From Zavarzinia sp. (lineage in GTDB: Bacteria; Pseudomonadota; Alphaproteobacteria; Zavarziniales; Zavarziniaceae), in contig JAOZVS010000089.1 in NCBI GenBank assembly GCA_025869435.1, forward strand, positions 3,744-67,743: a stretch of 64,000 bases of DNA. Reading direction: 5' to 3'. The stretch's first letter is position 1. The number at the start of each line of letters is the position of its first letter. The notes under the pieces are model-generated. The model saw nothing but the letters and a program-made list of their open reading frames with translations, did not search any database and was not told where the DNA came from. Shown piece by piece: positions 38,961-49,493 of this stretch. The position numbers were made by a program, and so were the translations under genes.

Positions 38961-41900
38961 ATGACCTTCACATTCTTGCTGCCCTCCCGCCGCATGGCCC
39001 TGCTCGCCTCGACCGCGATCGGCATCGTGCTCTTCGGGGCGCCGCTCGCCCCTGTTCGCGCCAATCCGAGTGGCGGCACCGTCGTCGGCGGCGGCGCGGT
39101 CATCGACAGTGCCCCGGGTTCCGTCACGGTGCGCCAGACCACGAACCGCGCCGTCATCGACTGGCAGGATTTCTCGATCGGCGGCGGGGAATCCACCACC
39201 TTCGAGCAGCCGGGGCGAAATTCGGTCACCCTGAACCGGGTCACCGGCGACAATGCCTCGACCATCGACGGCAAGCTGACCGCCAATGGCAACGTCTTCC
39301 TGATCAACCGCAACGGCGTCCTGTTCGGGGCCGGGGCGCAGGTCGATGTCGGTGGCCTGGTCGCCACCACCAGCGACATCGACAATGACGCCTTCATGGC
39401 GGGCAGCAACCGCTTCGACCGGCCGACCGACAATCCGGATGCCCGCATCGTCAACGAAGGCCGCATCACCGTGGCCGATCAGGGCATCGCCGCGCTCGTC
39501 GGCCCCAGCGTCGCCAACAACGGCGTGATCGCGGCCCGGCTCGGCACCGTCGCCCTCGGCAGCGCCGAGACCTTCACCGTCGACCTGGCGGGCGACGGGC
39601 TGATTTCCTTCGACACCGGGCAGACGGTGGACCGTACGGGCGGAACGCCCCAGGTCGCCAATGGCGGCACCATCGCGGCAGCCGGCGGCACCGTCATCCT
39701 GAACGCCCAGCAAGCCTCGGCCGTGGTCGATCGGGCGATCGACATGACCGGCGTGATCGAGGTCGGCAGCGTCTCGACCGAGGGCGGCACCGTCATCCTG
39801 TCGGGCGGCGACGGCACCACCCACGTCTCGGGCACCATCGGCGCCTCGGGCACCAAGGGTGGCACGGTCGAGATCACGGGGCGCGATGTCGCGCTTGCCG
39901 GCAGCACCCGGATCGATGCCACGGGCACGAAGGGCGGCGGCACGGTCAAGATCGGCGGCGGTCTGCGCGGCCAGGGGCCGACGAGGCGGGCGGAAACCAC
40001 GAGGGTCGAGGCCGGCGCGCGCATCGACGCCTCGGCGACGGCGCAGGGCGACGGCGGCACCATCGTCGTCTGGTCGGACAAGGCGACGGATTTCGCCGGC
40101 TCGGCCCGGGCGACCGGCGGCGCCGGGGGCGGCGATGGCGGCCTGATCGAGACCTCCTCGATGGGCAAGCTCGATGTCTCGGGGGCCGTGATCAATGCCT
40201 CGGCCCCGGCCGGCAAGGGCGGCGAATGGCTGCTCGACCCCGCCGATATCGCCATCGTCAATCGCGGCACGGCGATTCCGCCCGATGGCGTCTTCATCCC
40301 CGCCGATACATCCACCATCTCGATCGAATCCATCTTCGACGTGCTGAAGACTGGCACCAATGTCAGCATCGTCACCAATGACCCCGCGCTGAAAGGCGAC
40401 GGCAATATTTCCTATCTCGCCAATGCCGCCTATGACCTCGGCGGCGTCAGCGCCAGCCTTCGCCTCGAAGCCGCGGGGGCGATCGACTGGTCGGGCACGC
40501 TTCAGGTTTCGAACGGCACGCTGGGCATCGACGCGCAGGCGGGCCAGGGCATCCTGTGGTCGGGCATTCTCGACGGCAGCGCCGCCGCCCTGACCCTGAA
40601 GGCGACCGCCGGCGGCTCGATCAAGATCTTCGACGGCAAGCTGATCGCCGACACGATCGACCTGCGCGGCTGCATGACCGGCGCCGGGGGCTGCGGCACC
40701 GATGCCGACCCCTATGGCATCGGCATCCAGCCGACCAGCAGCGGCACCTCCGGCTCGGTCCCGTCGATCGAAATCGACGCCGACCAGCTGACCCTGCTCG
40801 GCGGCCTCGGCGGCGTCGGCATCGATCACGGCGAGGATTCCGAATCCTCGATCAACATCGCGGTCGGCCGCAATCTGCACATGCAGGGTTACGGCTTCGA
40901 TCCCTTCCATATCGGCAATGGCATCTTCAGCCCGGGCGCGACGGCGACGGTCCTGATCACCGGCGCCTTCCGCAATTCCGATCTCGGCGCCCTGGTCGGC
41001 GCGCCCGCCGGCAGCGACGTGCCCGGCCTGTCCGAGGCCGAGTTGCTGGCCCTCGGCGACTTCCAGTCGCTCACCCTGCGCACCGGCGCCGCGTCCTCGA
41101 CCTTCGATGCCGACGAAGCCTCGGGCACGGCCAGCGTGCTGGTCGCAGCGGCGGTGCCGGGCGGCGTCTCCCTCGATCTGCCGCTCGACATTTTCGTCGA
41201 GGCCAATGATGGCGGCAGTTTCTATCTGGCGCCGGATGTCACCATCAGCAGCGGCGGCAATGTCTCGATCACCACCTCGGGCGCGGCGGCGAGCGCGGCC
41301 TTGCTGGGCGCCACCACGCTTTCCGGTGACCTGACCGTCAATTCCGCCCATATCGTGCTGGCCCATGACCTCGATATCGGCGGCGACATCCAGATGAATG
41401 GCGATGTCGCCGTCGATTCCCCGGCGATCGCGATCAAGGCCGGCGGCGATCTGGACATCGCGGGCACCCTCGACGGCTATCTGGGTTTCTCGACCCCCGC
41501 CATCCCCGACGTCACCCTGACCGCCGCGTCGGGCCTGGTGCGGATCGGGGGCGAGGCCGGTTTCGGCGTCGGTCTGGGGTCCCTGTCCGTCACCGCCGGC
41601 TCGATCGAACTGGCTGGCGTCTCGACCACCGGCGACCAGACCTATGAGGCGGCGGCGATCAACCTGTTCGGCCGCGCCGGTAGCGGCATCGACTATCTGT
41701 CGGCGGCGGGCGATATCACTGTCGGGGGCAGGACCCGGCTGACGGGCGACATCGCCATGACCGCGACGGATGGCAATATCCGTTTCAGCGGGAACATCCA
41801 GCGATCGGGCGCGGCGGATACCGCCAGCCTCGCGCTGACCGCCGGTGGCAGCGGGGGCGAGATCGTCGTCGGTGGTGATATCGGCAATGTCGAGGGGCTG

Positions 41901-44900
41901 CTCGACGGGCTGAATGTCTCGGCCACCCGTGCCTTCACCCTGCACGACGTGCGGACGAGCGGCGATCAGACCTATGCCGCCCCGCTCGGCCGATTCATGG
42001 GCGAGACCTATCGCACGACCACCGGCGATATTGTCGCCGCCGCGACCACGAGCGCGCTGATTTCCGGCGTGACCGAGTTCGACGCCGGTGGCGGCGCCAG
42101 TTTCGGCCGGATCGATGCGGTGAGTGACGGCGACGCGGCCCTGACCGTGATCGCCCGCGACGGCAGCATCGGCTTCCTTGGCGATATCGGCCACGACACG
42201 CGGCTGGGCTTCCTGTCGGCCAGCGCGACCGACACGATCAGCGCGGCCGACATGCGCGCGACCGGCAACATCGAACTGTTCGCGACCGACATCCGCTTCA
42301 CCGGCGCCAGCTTTGTCGCGGGTGGCGATTTCCTGGCCTCGGGCCGCATGACGATCGATCAGGACGCGATGATCGTCGGCGGCACCCTGGTCCTGCTGGA
42401 CGGCGACATCGATCTGGCCTCGGCGGGCGATGCCGGACTGTCGATCGTCACGGAAGCGGGCAACGCCATCCTGATCGGCGATGTCGGCGGCGTGGCCGCG
42501 CTCGGCTATCTCGATATCGTGGCCCGTGACGGCATCCGTCTCGGCAATGTGCGGACGACGGGCGATCAGCATTATGCCGGTGCCGCCACCGGCCTTCGCG
42601 GCTCGAGCTATATCACCGACGGCGACTTCACCATCGTCGGCGAGACGACGATCAAGGACAGCGTCGGCGTTTTCGCCGGGGGCGATATCGACATCGGGGA
42701 CCGCCTCGACGTCGACGAACTCAGCCCGCCGGAAGCGGTCACCCGTTTCGAGGCCTCGGCGGGCGGCAGCCTGACCATCGCGGGACCGATCGGCGGACTT
42801 TCCCCGATCGGCACGCTCGATCTTCGGGCCATCGGCGATGTCGCCGTCGGCGCCATCGATGTCACCGGCGCCCTCAGGGTGGCGGCGGGCGGCATCCTTC
42901 ACCTTCTCGACAGCCATGTGCGCGCCGGCGCCACGATCGACATGAGGGGCGACGTCCGGCTGCGCTACGACACCGAGATCGATGCCCGGGGCGATGTGAC
43001 CATCGATGGCCCGATCGACGCGGATGGCGAATCCGACGGGATCCCGTCGCTCGCCATCACCTCCGAAATCGGCGCCGTTCGCGTCGACGGGGCGATCGGC
43101 ACCCGGTCGGCCATGACGGACATCCGGGTAACCGCGGCGGATACGATCACCCTCGGCGATGTCGCCAGTCAGGGTAGCCAGATCTACGATGGGCCCGTGA
43201 CCCATCTCCAGGGCTCGGCCTATGACGCCGGGCGTGGCTTCACCGTGACGGGCGATACCGAAATCGCCCAGGACACAACGATCGTCGCCGGCACCAACAT
43301 CTCGTTCGGCGGCAGGATCGACGCGAGCGCGCCAGACGATGGCGACCGCCCGGCGGCGCCGTCGCTGACGGCCGAGGCGGGCGGCACCCTTTCCGTGGCC
43401 GATGATATCGGGGGCCTGCGCATTCTCGGCGACGTCGATCTGTCCGCCGATGGCGACGTCCTCGTCCGTTCGGTGGCGGCGACCGGCGCCATCTCGATCG
43501 CCGCCGGCCAGTTCGTGAAACTGGCCACCAGCACGCTCGACGCGGGCACGGATATCACCCTCCTTGGTGCCGTGTCCCTGCTGGGCGATGCCTTGATGCG
43601 GGCGGGCGATTCCGTGTCTGTCCAGGGCACCATCGATGCCCGTGATGAGTCCCCGGGGCTTGGGGCCGGTTCCCCTGCCGCCGGGCCCGCGCCAAACCTC
43701 GAGATCGATGCCGCCGCCGGCGACGTGCGGATCACCGGGGCGGTCGGCGCCGTCGCGGCCCCGGGCGATGTTTCCATCAGCGCGGGCGGCGCGGTGAAAA
43801 TCGCCGACATCGAGGCCGGGGGCTCGCTCTCCATGCTCGGCGCGGCGATCACTTTCGACGGTGGTCGCTATGTCGCGGGCGGCACCTTCGGCGCGCAGGG
43901 ACCGGTGACGATGACGCGGGCGACCACGGTCACCGCCGGGGGCGACATGCTCTTCGGCGGCACGATCGACATGCTGCCGGGCCTCGACGGCGGCGATGCC
44001 TCGCCCGGCGCGGCCGCGGGTCCCGTCGTGCTGCGCTCGCGCGGCGGCAGCGTCACCCTCGACAACGAAGTGGGCGGCGGCGGCCGGCTGGGCAGTCTTC
44101 TCGTCGCGGCGGCGGACGAGATCAGCATCAGCGGCGGCGTCGCCAGCGACGGTAGCCAGACTTACGAAGCCGGTCATATCACCTTCATCGACGGCAGCTT
44201 CGACAGCGCGGCGGGGGACATCACCGTCGACGGCGATCTCGACGTCGCGGGATCCGTCGCGCTGACGGCGGCCCGCGATATCGAAACCACGGGCACGATC
44301 GACAGTCTGAGCGCCGAGGGCGTCGGCCTCGCCGAGGTCACCATGACAGCCGGTCGCGACATTCGGGTGCTCGGCCCGGTCGGGCAGAATGTGCCGCTGC
44401 GCTCCTTCCTGATCGAGGCGGGCGCGAGCATCGATCCACCCTCCGTCACGACCTACGGTCCCCAGAGCTACCGCGCCCCGGTCATTGTCCTGACCGGCAG
44501 CCGCTATGAAACCCATGGCGGCAGCTTCACCACAATCGGCGGTCTCAGCCTGACGGCACCTTCCGTCATCATCGACACGACCGATGTTTCCGAAGGCGGC
44601 GATATCACGCTGGACGGTTCGGCCAGCGGGCAGGATGTCACGCTGAATGCCGGCGATGGCTCGATCCTCGGCCTTGATGTCGATTTCGACCGGCTCACCG
44701 TGCTCGGCACCGCGGGCACCGCCACCATGGGCGGCACCATCGGCGGCATCGGCGGGGAAAAGGCCGCCGCCGATGTCCTGCGCCCGGACGGCGTCGACAG
44801 CGAATACCGCTTCAACGACTGCGTGATGGCGACAAGCTGCGGGGGGCCGCCGCCGCCGGTTGGCGGTATCGATCCCGAGGGCGTGATCCGGATCGACCTG

Positions 44901-45065
44901 CCGCCGGTATTGAGCCTGCCGTCGCTGGCGCCGACGCCGCTGATCCTGACCGAGACCGATGACCCGGCCGGGGACGCGCGCTTCGAATTTTCCAACACGG
45001 GCAAGGATGCGCTGTGGCGGCTTGACCTGCTGACGCCGGAGAGCACCGGGGAGACCCCGCGATGA
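38961..45065 (+). CDS. TpsA filamentous haemagglutinin-like exoprotein (2034 aa)
   Basis: Signal peptide, TPS domain (IDWQDFSI, LNRVTG, ANGNVFLINRNGVLFG), GEWLLDP, about ten degenerate ~100-aa beta-helical repeats with G.Q.Y anchors. Confidence 0.93.
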   Translation: MTFTFLLPSRRMALLASTAIGIVLFGAPLAPVRANPSGGTVVGGGAVIDSAPGSVTVRQTTNRAVIDWQDFSIGGGESTTFEQPGRNSVTLNRVTGDNASTIDGKLTANGNVFLINRNGVLFGAGAQVDVGGLVATTSDIDNDAFMAGSNRFDRPTDNPDARIVNEGRITVADQGIAALVGPSVANNGVIAARLGTVALGSAETFTVDLAGDGLISFDTGQTVDRTGGTPQVANGGTIAAAGGTVILNAQQASAVVDRAIDMTGVIEVGSVSTEGGTVILSGGDGTTHVSGTIGASGTKGGTVEITGRDVALAGSTRIDATGTKGGGTVKIGGGLRGQGPTRRAETTRVEAGARIDASATAQGDGGTIVVWSDKATDFAGSARATGGAGGGDGGLIETSSMGKLDVSGAVINASAPAGKGGEWLLDPADIAIVNRGTAIPPDGVFIPADTSTISIESIFDVLKTGTNVSIVTNDPALKGDGNISYLANAAYDLGGVSASLRLEAAGAIDWSGTLQVSNGTLGIDAQAGQGILWSGILDGSAAALTLKATAGGSIKIFDGKLIADTIDLRGCMTGAGGCGTDADPYGIGIQPTSSGTSGSVPSIEIDADQLTLLGGLGGVGIDHGEDSESSINIAVGRNLHMQGYGFDPFHIGNGIFSPGATATVLITGAFRNSDLGALVGAPAGSDVPGLSEAELLALGDFQSLTLRTGAASSTFDADEASGTASVLVAAAVPGGVSLDLPLDIFVEANDGGSFYLAPDVTISSGGNVSITTSGAAASAALLGATTLSGDLTVNSAHIVLAHDLDIGGDIQMNGDVAVDSPAIAIKAGGDLDIAGTLDGYLGFSTPAIPDVTLTAASGLVRIGGEAGFGVGLGSLSVTAGSIELAGVSTTGDQTYEAAAINLFGRAGSGIDYLSAAGDITVGGRTRLTGDIAMTATDGNIRFSGNIQRSGAADTASLALTAGGSGGEIVVGGDIGNVEGLLDGLNVSATRAFTLHDVRTSGDQTYAAPLGRFMGETYRTTTGDIVAAATTSALISGVTEFDAGGGASFGRIDAVSDGDAALTVIARDGSIGFLGDIGHDTRLGFLSASATDTISAADMRATGNIELFATDIRFTGASFVAGGDFLASGRMTIDQDAMIVGGTLVLLDGDIDLASAGDAGLSIVTEAGNAILIGDVGGVAALGYLDIVARDGIRLGNVRTTGDQHYAGAATGLRGSSYITDGDFTIVGETTIKDSVGVFAGGDIDIGDRLDVDELSPPEAVTRFEASAGGSLTIAGPIGGLSPIGTLDLRAIGDVAVGAIDVTGALRVAAGGILHLLDSHVRAGATIDMRGDVRLRYDTEIDARGDVTIDGPIDADGESDGIPSLAITSEIGAVRVDGAIGTRSAMTDIRVTAADTITLGDVASQGSQIYDGPVTHLQGSAYDAGRGFTVTGDTEIAQDTTIVAGTNISFGGRIDASAPDDGDRPAAPSLTAEAGGTLSVADDIGGLRILGDVDLSADGDVLVRSVAATGAISIAAGQFVKLATSTLDAGTDITLLGAVSLLGDALMRAGDSVSVQGTIDARDESPGLGAGSPAAGPAPNLEIDAAAGDVRITGAVGAVAAPGDVSISAGGAVKIADIEAGGSLSMLGAAITFDGGRYVAGGTFGAQGPVTMTRATTVTAGGDMLFGGTIDMLPGLDGGDASPGAAAGPVVLRSRGGSVTLDNEVGGGGRLGSLLVAAADEISISGGVASDGSQTYEAGHITFIDGSFDSAAGDITVDGDLDVAGSVALTAARDIETTGTIDSLSAEGVGLAEVTMTAGRDIRVLGPVGQNVPLRSFLIEAGASIDPPSVTTYGPQSYRAPVIVLTGSRYETHGGSFTTIGGLSLTAPSVIIDTTDVSEGGDITLDGSASGQDVTLNAGDGSILGLDVDFDRLTVLGTAGTATMGGTIGGIGGEKAAADVLRPDGVDSEYRFNDCVMATSCGGPPPPVGGIDPEGVIRIDLPPVLSLPSLAPTPLILTETDDPAGDARFEFSNTGKDALWRLDLLTPESTGETPR

Positions 45066-48046
45066 GCCGGATGCGTATCGATCTCGGCGGCCTCCTGGCC
45101 CTCGGCCTTGTTCTTGGCGGCTGCGTCAGCGGCGACAGCGCCGAAGGACCACCGCCCCGGGATGCCGGGCGCAATCTGGTCGGCGAGACCTGCACCCTGC
45201 GGGAAGGCCGCGCCACCGGGGACGGGCGAAACTACGCCATTCATTGCGGCAGCTGGCAGCAGCCGGCGGCGCGCCTGACCGAAAGCCTGAACAGCGCCAC
45301 GCCGATCGAGGCGGTCTCCGCCGGTCCCTGGCGCGGCGATATCGACAGCCGCATGGCCTGCGGCCCGGCCCGGGACGCGACCTTTGCCCGGGGGCTGTCC
45401 GGCGCCATCGCCTATTGCCGGCTGCGGAACGGTGGCTTCCCGACCGTCGCCCTGGCCATCGCCGACGGGCGTGGCCGGCTGGTGCTGGCCGATGGCATTC
45501 CGGCGGCGATGCCCGTCATCGAGCGCGGCGCCCTCGCCGCCTTCGGGCTCGAGAGCCTTGGCGATCAGACCGCGGATTCCCGGGCCATCGAGCTTGTCCG
45601 TCAGTCGACCGGGCGACAAATGGTCGGGGCGGGCGTGCTGGAAGCCTATTACACGGCGATGGCGACCGCGCAGTATCAGGACACGATCCAGGACTTCGTC
45701 GCCGCCGAGGACAGCTATCGCAAGGCCATGCTGGCCCAGGCCGAGGCGCTCGGCACCGACGATCCCGCCAGTGCCGATCCCCTGATGCATGTGGCGCTCG
45801 AATTGTCCAATCAGGGCCGCTTCGACGACGCGGCCCCCCTGTTCGACGAGGCCCAGCGTCTCGCGGCGGCCGGCCCCAACCCGGCCAGCCTGCCCCGGCT
45901 GCTCAGCTACCGCGCGATCGACGCCGCCAATCGCAACAAGCTGGATCTGGCCCTGTCCTTCGCCGAACAGGCGACCGAGGCACGCCGCCGTCTCGCCCAG
46001 GATCTCGGCGGCGTGCCGGGACAGGCCGGTGCGGATGCCGATCTCCTCAGCTTCTCCGGCGCGTCGGTTTCGTCCGTCAGCGTTGAAGTCGCCCAGAGCC
46101 TGCATACCGAGGCCGCCCTTCGCCTGCGCCTCGGTGATCTGGCCGGCGCCGCCGACAAGGCCGACGAAGCCATCGCGACCGCCGCCGCGAGCCGGACGTC
46201 TCCGCCCTGGTGGCGGCCGCAATTCCTCGAAACCCGGGCGACGATCGCCGCCGCCGCCGGCAATGCCGGCAGCGCTGTCGCCATTCAGGGCGAGGCTGTC
46301 ACCCTGTGGGCGCGGATCCTGCCCCAATCGACCCCGGAAGGCCTGTCCCGCCTCGGCCTTGGCCGCTTCCTTCACACGGCCGGCGCCGAGGACAAGGCGA
46401 TCGACAGCTATCGCCAGGGCCTCGCCATCCTGAAGGCCCGCAACGCCGAAATCCGGCCGCGCGACCTGCTCGGCTTCCTCGATGCCGCCAGCGCCATGGC
46501 GACCCGGCGCCCCGAACAGGCGGAAGGCCTGAAGGTCGAGATGTTCGAGGCGATGCAGTTGATGCGCTCGGGCGTGACCAGCCGGACGGTCAGCCTGGCC
46601 ACCGCTCGGCTCGCCGCCGGGGATCAGGCGGTCAGCGGCGTCATCCGCGCCCAGCAGGAGAACGAGCGCAAGCGCTATGCCCTGGTCGGCGAGCTGAACC
46701 GGGCCCTGTCGGCCCCGTCGGAGCTGCGCGATACCGCGAAAATCGCCCGCCTGCGCCAGAATCTCGAGGCTGTGGAGACCGAGGGACGCGGCCTGGACGA
46801 GACCCTGCAGGCGGCGTCATCCGGCTATCGCCAGTTGCTGGCGACACCGGTCGGGGTGACGGAATTGCAGGGCCTGCTGAAGCCGGGCGAGGCGATCGCC
46901 GCCTTCGCCAGCGCCGAAAACGCCACCTATGGCTTTCTCGTCGCGGCCGACCGTCTGAAGGTCTGGCGCATCGATGCCGGCGACCTCGCGCTTGGCGATG
47001 TCGTGGTGACCCTGCGTCGCGGTATCCAGCTCAACCGCGGCACGCCGGGGCGCTTCCCGGTCGATCTCGCGCATCAGCTCCATGCCGCGCTGTTCGGGCC
47101 GGTCGCCGATGATCTCGCCGGCATCGACAATCTGGTGACCACCGCCAACGGGCCGCTGGCCAGCATCCCCTTCGGCATTCTCGTGGCCAGCCCGGCCAGC
47201 GGCCGCGCCCCCGCCGACGACTATCGCGCGGTCGACTGGATGGTGCGCCATCAGGCCCTGTCCGCCGTGCCTTCGGTGCGCGCCTTCGCCGACCTGCGCA
47301 AGGTGCCGACCGCGGCGGCCGGCAGTTCGGCCATGATCGGCTTCGGCGACTATCGCCCGCCGCGGGATGTCGCCAGCCTGTTCGCCGGCCTGCCCGCCGG
47401 CTGCGCGCGGGATCGCAAGGTTCTGGGTAGCCTCGGCCCCCTGCCGGCGACGGCGGGCGAACTGCGGCAGGTTGCCGGCCTCGTGGGGGCGGGAGCGGAT
47501 TCCCTGCTGCTTGGCCCCGCCTTCACCAAGGACGCGGTGCTGAACCGGCCCCTGTCCGATTACCGCATCCTCTATTTCGCGACCCATGCCGTGCTGGCCA
47601 GCGAAATCCGCTGCTTCTCGGAGCCGGCCCTGCTGGTCACCCCCGGGGCGGGCGGCACGGTCGACAGCGCGCTGCTGCGGCTCAGCGATATCCTGAACCT
47701 GAAGCTCGACGCCGATCTCGTGGTGCTTTCGGCCTGCAATACCGCGGGCACCGACGGCAAGAGCGGTGGCGAGGCCTTGTCCGGCCTGACCCGCGCCTTC
47801 TTCTATGCCGGGGCGCGGCGCCTCGTGGTCTCCCACTGGCCGGTGCCGGATGATTCAACCGCCGCCCTGATGCTGGGGCTGTTCGATCGCCGGGGCCCGG
47901 GTGTCGGCGGTGCCGCCGCCCTGCGCGAGGCCCAGTTGCGCATGATCGATGGCCAGAGCGGGGGCAAGGGCGCCGCCTGGGCCCATCCGCTGTATTGGGC
48001 GGGCTTCACGACAATTGGGGATGGCACCGGCGTCATCATTCCCTAA
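45062..48046 (+). CDS. TPR plus CHAT (caspase-like) domain lipoprotein
   Basis: Lipobox LVLGG-C, TPR-like helical region, CHAT motifs FATHA, DADLVVLSACNT, SGLTRAFFYAGAR, VSHWPV, HPLYWAGF; ATG overlaps the TpsA stop. Confidence 0.92.
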   Translation: MSRMRIDLGGLLALGLVLGGCVSGDSAEGPPPRDAGRNLVGETCTLREGRATGDGRNYAIHCGSWQQPAARLTESLNSATPIEAVSAGPWRGDIDSRMACGPARDATFARGLSGAIAYCRLRNGGFPTVALAIADGRGRLVLADGIPAAMPVIERGALAAFGLESLGDQTADSRAIELVRQSTGRQMVGAGVLEAYYTAMATAQYQDTIQDFVAAEDSYRKAMLAQAEALGTDDPASADPLMHVALELSNQGRFDDAAPLFDEAQRLAAAGPNPASLPRLLSYRAIDAANRNKLDLALSFAEQATEARRRLAQDLGGVPGQAGADADLLSFSGASVSSVSVEVAQSLHTEAALRLRLGDLAGAADKADEAIATAAASRTSPPWWRPQFLETRATIAAAAGNAGSAVAIQGEAVTLWARILPQSTPEGLSRLGLGRFLHTAGAEDKAIDSYRQGLAILKARNAEIRPRDLLGFLDAASAMATRRPEQAEGLKVEMFEAMQLMRSGVTSRTVSLATARLAAGDQAVSGVIRAQQENERKRYALVGELNRALSAPSELRDTAKIARLRQNLEAVETEGRGLDETLQAASSGYRQLLATPVGVTELQGLLKPGEAIAAFASAENATYGFLVAADRLKVWRIDAGDLALGDVVVTLRRGIQLNRGTPGRFPVDLAHQLHAALFGPVADDLAGIDNLVTTANGPLASIPFGILVASPASGRAPADDYRAVDWMVRHQALSAVPSVRAFADLRKVPTAAAGSSAMIGFGDYRPPRDVASLFAGLPAGCARDRKVLGSLGPLPATAGELRQVAGLVGAGADSLLLGPAFTKDAVLNRPLSDYRILYFATHAVLASEIRCFSEPALLVTPGAGGTVDSALLRLSDILNLKLDADLVVLSACNTAGTDGKSGGEALSGLTRAFFYAGARRLVVSHWPVPDDSTAALMLGLFDRRGPGVGGAAALREAQLRMIDGQSGGKGAAWAHPLYWAGFTTIGDGTGVIIP

Positions 48047-48055
48047 GATCGGGGG

Positions 48056-49393
48056 ATGGCCGCGTCGCTTCATCACCCGTCGATCCACGATTACCGGCAG
48101 TCCGTGCCCAGCTGGTGGGCGGCTTCGGCCGGGTCGCCGGTATCCGCGCCCCGCCTCGAGGGGGAGGCCCGGGTCGATGTCGCGATCATCGGCGGCGGGG
48201 TCACCGGGCTGAATGCCGGGCTGGCGATCCGGGACGCCGGCCTGTCCGCGCTGGTGCTCGATGCCGCGCCGATCGGCTGGGGCGCCTCGGGACGCAACGG
48301 CGGTTTCTGCTGTCTCGGCTCGTCGAAACTGTCGTGGCCGGCGATCATCGCCCGTTTCGGCCTCGCGGAAGCGCAAGGCTTCTTCCGTCTGCAGGTCGCC
48401 GCCATCGCCCATGTCCGCCAGCGCCTGACGGACTTCGCCATCGACGCCGACGCGGGACCGGACGGCGAAGCGATCATCGCCCATCATCCCCGCGCGGTGG
48501 CCGACCTCGCCGCCGAAGCGGAGCTTTACGCCCGGGCCTTCGATACGAAGTGCCAGCTGCTGCCCCAGTCCGAGATGAAGCCGCGCGGTCTTTTCACCGC
48601 CGAGGCGCGGGGCGCGCTGCTGGTCCCTCACGGCTTTCCGCTGCATCCCCTGAAATATGTCCAGGGCCTGGCCCGGGCCGCGGCGGCGGCCGGCGTCGCG
48701 CTGCACGGCGAGAGCCCCGTGGTGTCCTGGACGCGGGAGGGGCGGCGGCATCGCCTGACCACGCCGACCGGCTCCGTCCTTGCCGACAGGGTGGCGGTCG
48801 CGACCGCCGGCTTCACCCGGGAAGACCTGCACCCCGGCCTCGCCGGCCGGCTGCTGCCGGTTCTGTCCAACATCATCGTCACCAGGCCGCTGAGCGCCGG
48901 GGAGCGCGCGGAACAGCATTTCGACACCCTGACCATGTGCGCCGACACGCGCCACCTGCTGCATTATTTCAGGCTGCTGCCGGACGGCCGCATGATGTTC
49001 GGGGCCAGGGGCGGCATATCCGCGGCCCCCGCCGCCGAAGACGCGATGAAAGCGCGGCTGGAGCGCGATCTGGGCCGCATGTTCCCGGCTTTCGCCGGGG
49101 CGAAGACCCAATATTTCTGGCGCGGCCTGACCGACCTGACCTTCGATCTGCTGCCGCATTTCGGCACGTTGGACGACGACAGCGCCCATTTCCTGCTGGG
49201 CTTCCACGGCAATGGCGTCGCCATGGGCAGCCTCGGCGGCACCCTGCTGGGCCGCCGCGTCGCCGGACTCGCCGTCGATCTGCCGGTGGCGATGTCCCGC
49301 CCCCTTCGGCGTTTTCCCCTGCCTTTCCTGCGACAGACGTATATACGCGCGGCCTATGCCGGATTTAATCTGCGCGATGCCGTCGGGAGATAA
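48056..49393 (+). CDS. FAD-dependent oxidoreductase (DadA/PuuB-like)
   Basis: IIGGGVTG, GASGRNGG, LHPLKY, GFHGNGV. Confidence 0.9.
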   Translation: MAASLHHPSIHDYRQSVPSWWAASAGSPVSAPRLEGEARVDVAIIGGGVTGLNAGLAIRDAGLSALVLDAAPIGWGASGRNGGFCCLGSSKLSWPAIIARFGLAEAQGFFRLQVAAIAHVRQRLTDFAIDADAGPDGEAIIAHHPRAVADLAAEAELYARAFDTKCQLLPQSEMKPRGLFTAEARGALLVPHGFPLHPLKYVQGLARAAAAAGVALHGESPVVSWTREGRRHRLTTPTGSVLADRVAVATAGFTREDLHPGLAGRLLPVLSNIIVTRPLSAGERAEQHFDTLTMCADTRHLLHYFRLLPDGRMMFGARGGISAAPAAEDAMKARLERDLGRMFPAFAGAKTQYFWRGLTDLTFDLLPHFGTLDDDSAHFLLGFHGNGVAMGSLGGTLLGRRVAGLAVDLPVAMSRPLRRFPLPFLRQTYIRAAYAGFNLRDAVGR

Positions 49394-49493
49394 CGGCGAT
49401 ACCAACATCGACTTCCCTTCCGATCTGAAGTCATATATTCCCAAACTGAAACAGATCGTGTGCAATGATTAGCGTGAACTTCAGGCCAACCTC

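Noticed and set aside
37197-44516. 2439-aa minus-strand ORF antisense to tpsB/tpsA
   Set aside because: Shadow ORF caused by high-GC codon bias; it has no motifs and mirrors clearly real plus-strand genes.
38961-45065. TpsA as a CdiA contact-dependent toxin
   Set aside because: No VENN-type pre-toxin motif, no toxin-like C-terminal domain and no small immunity gene.
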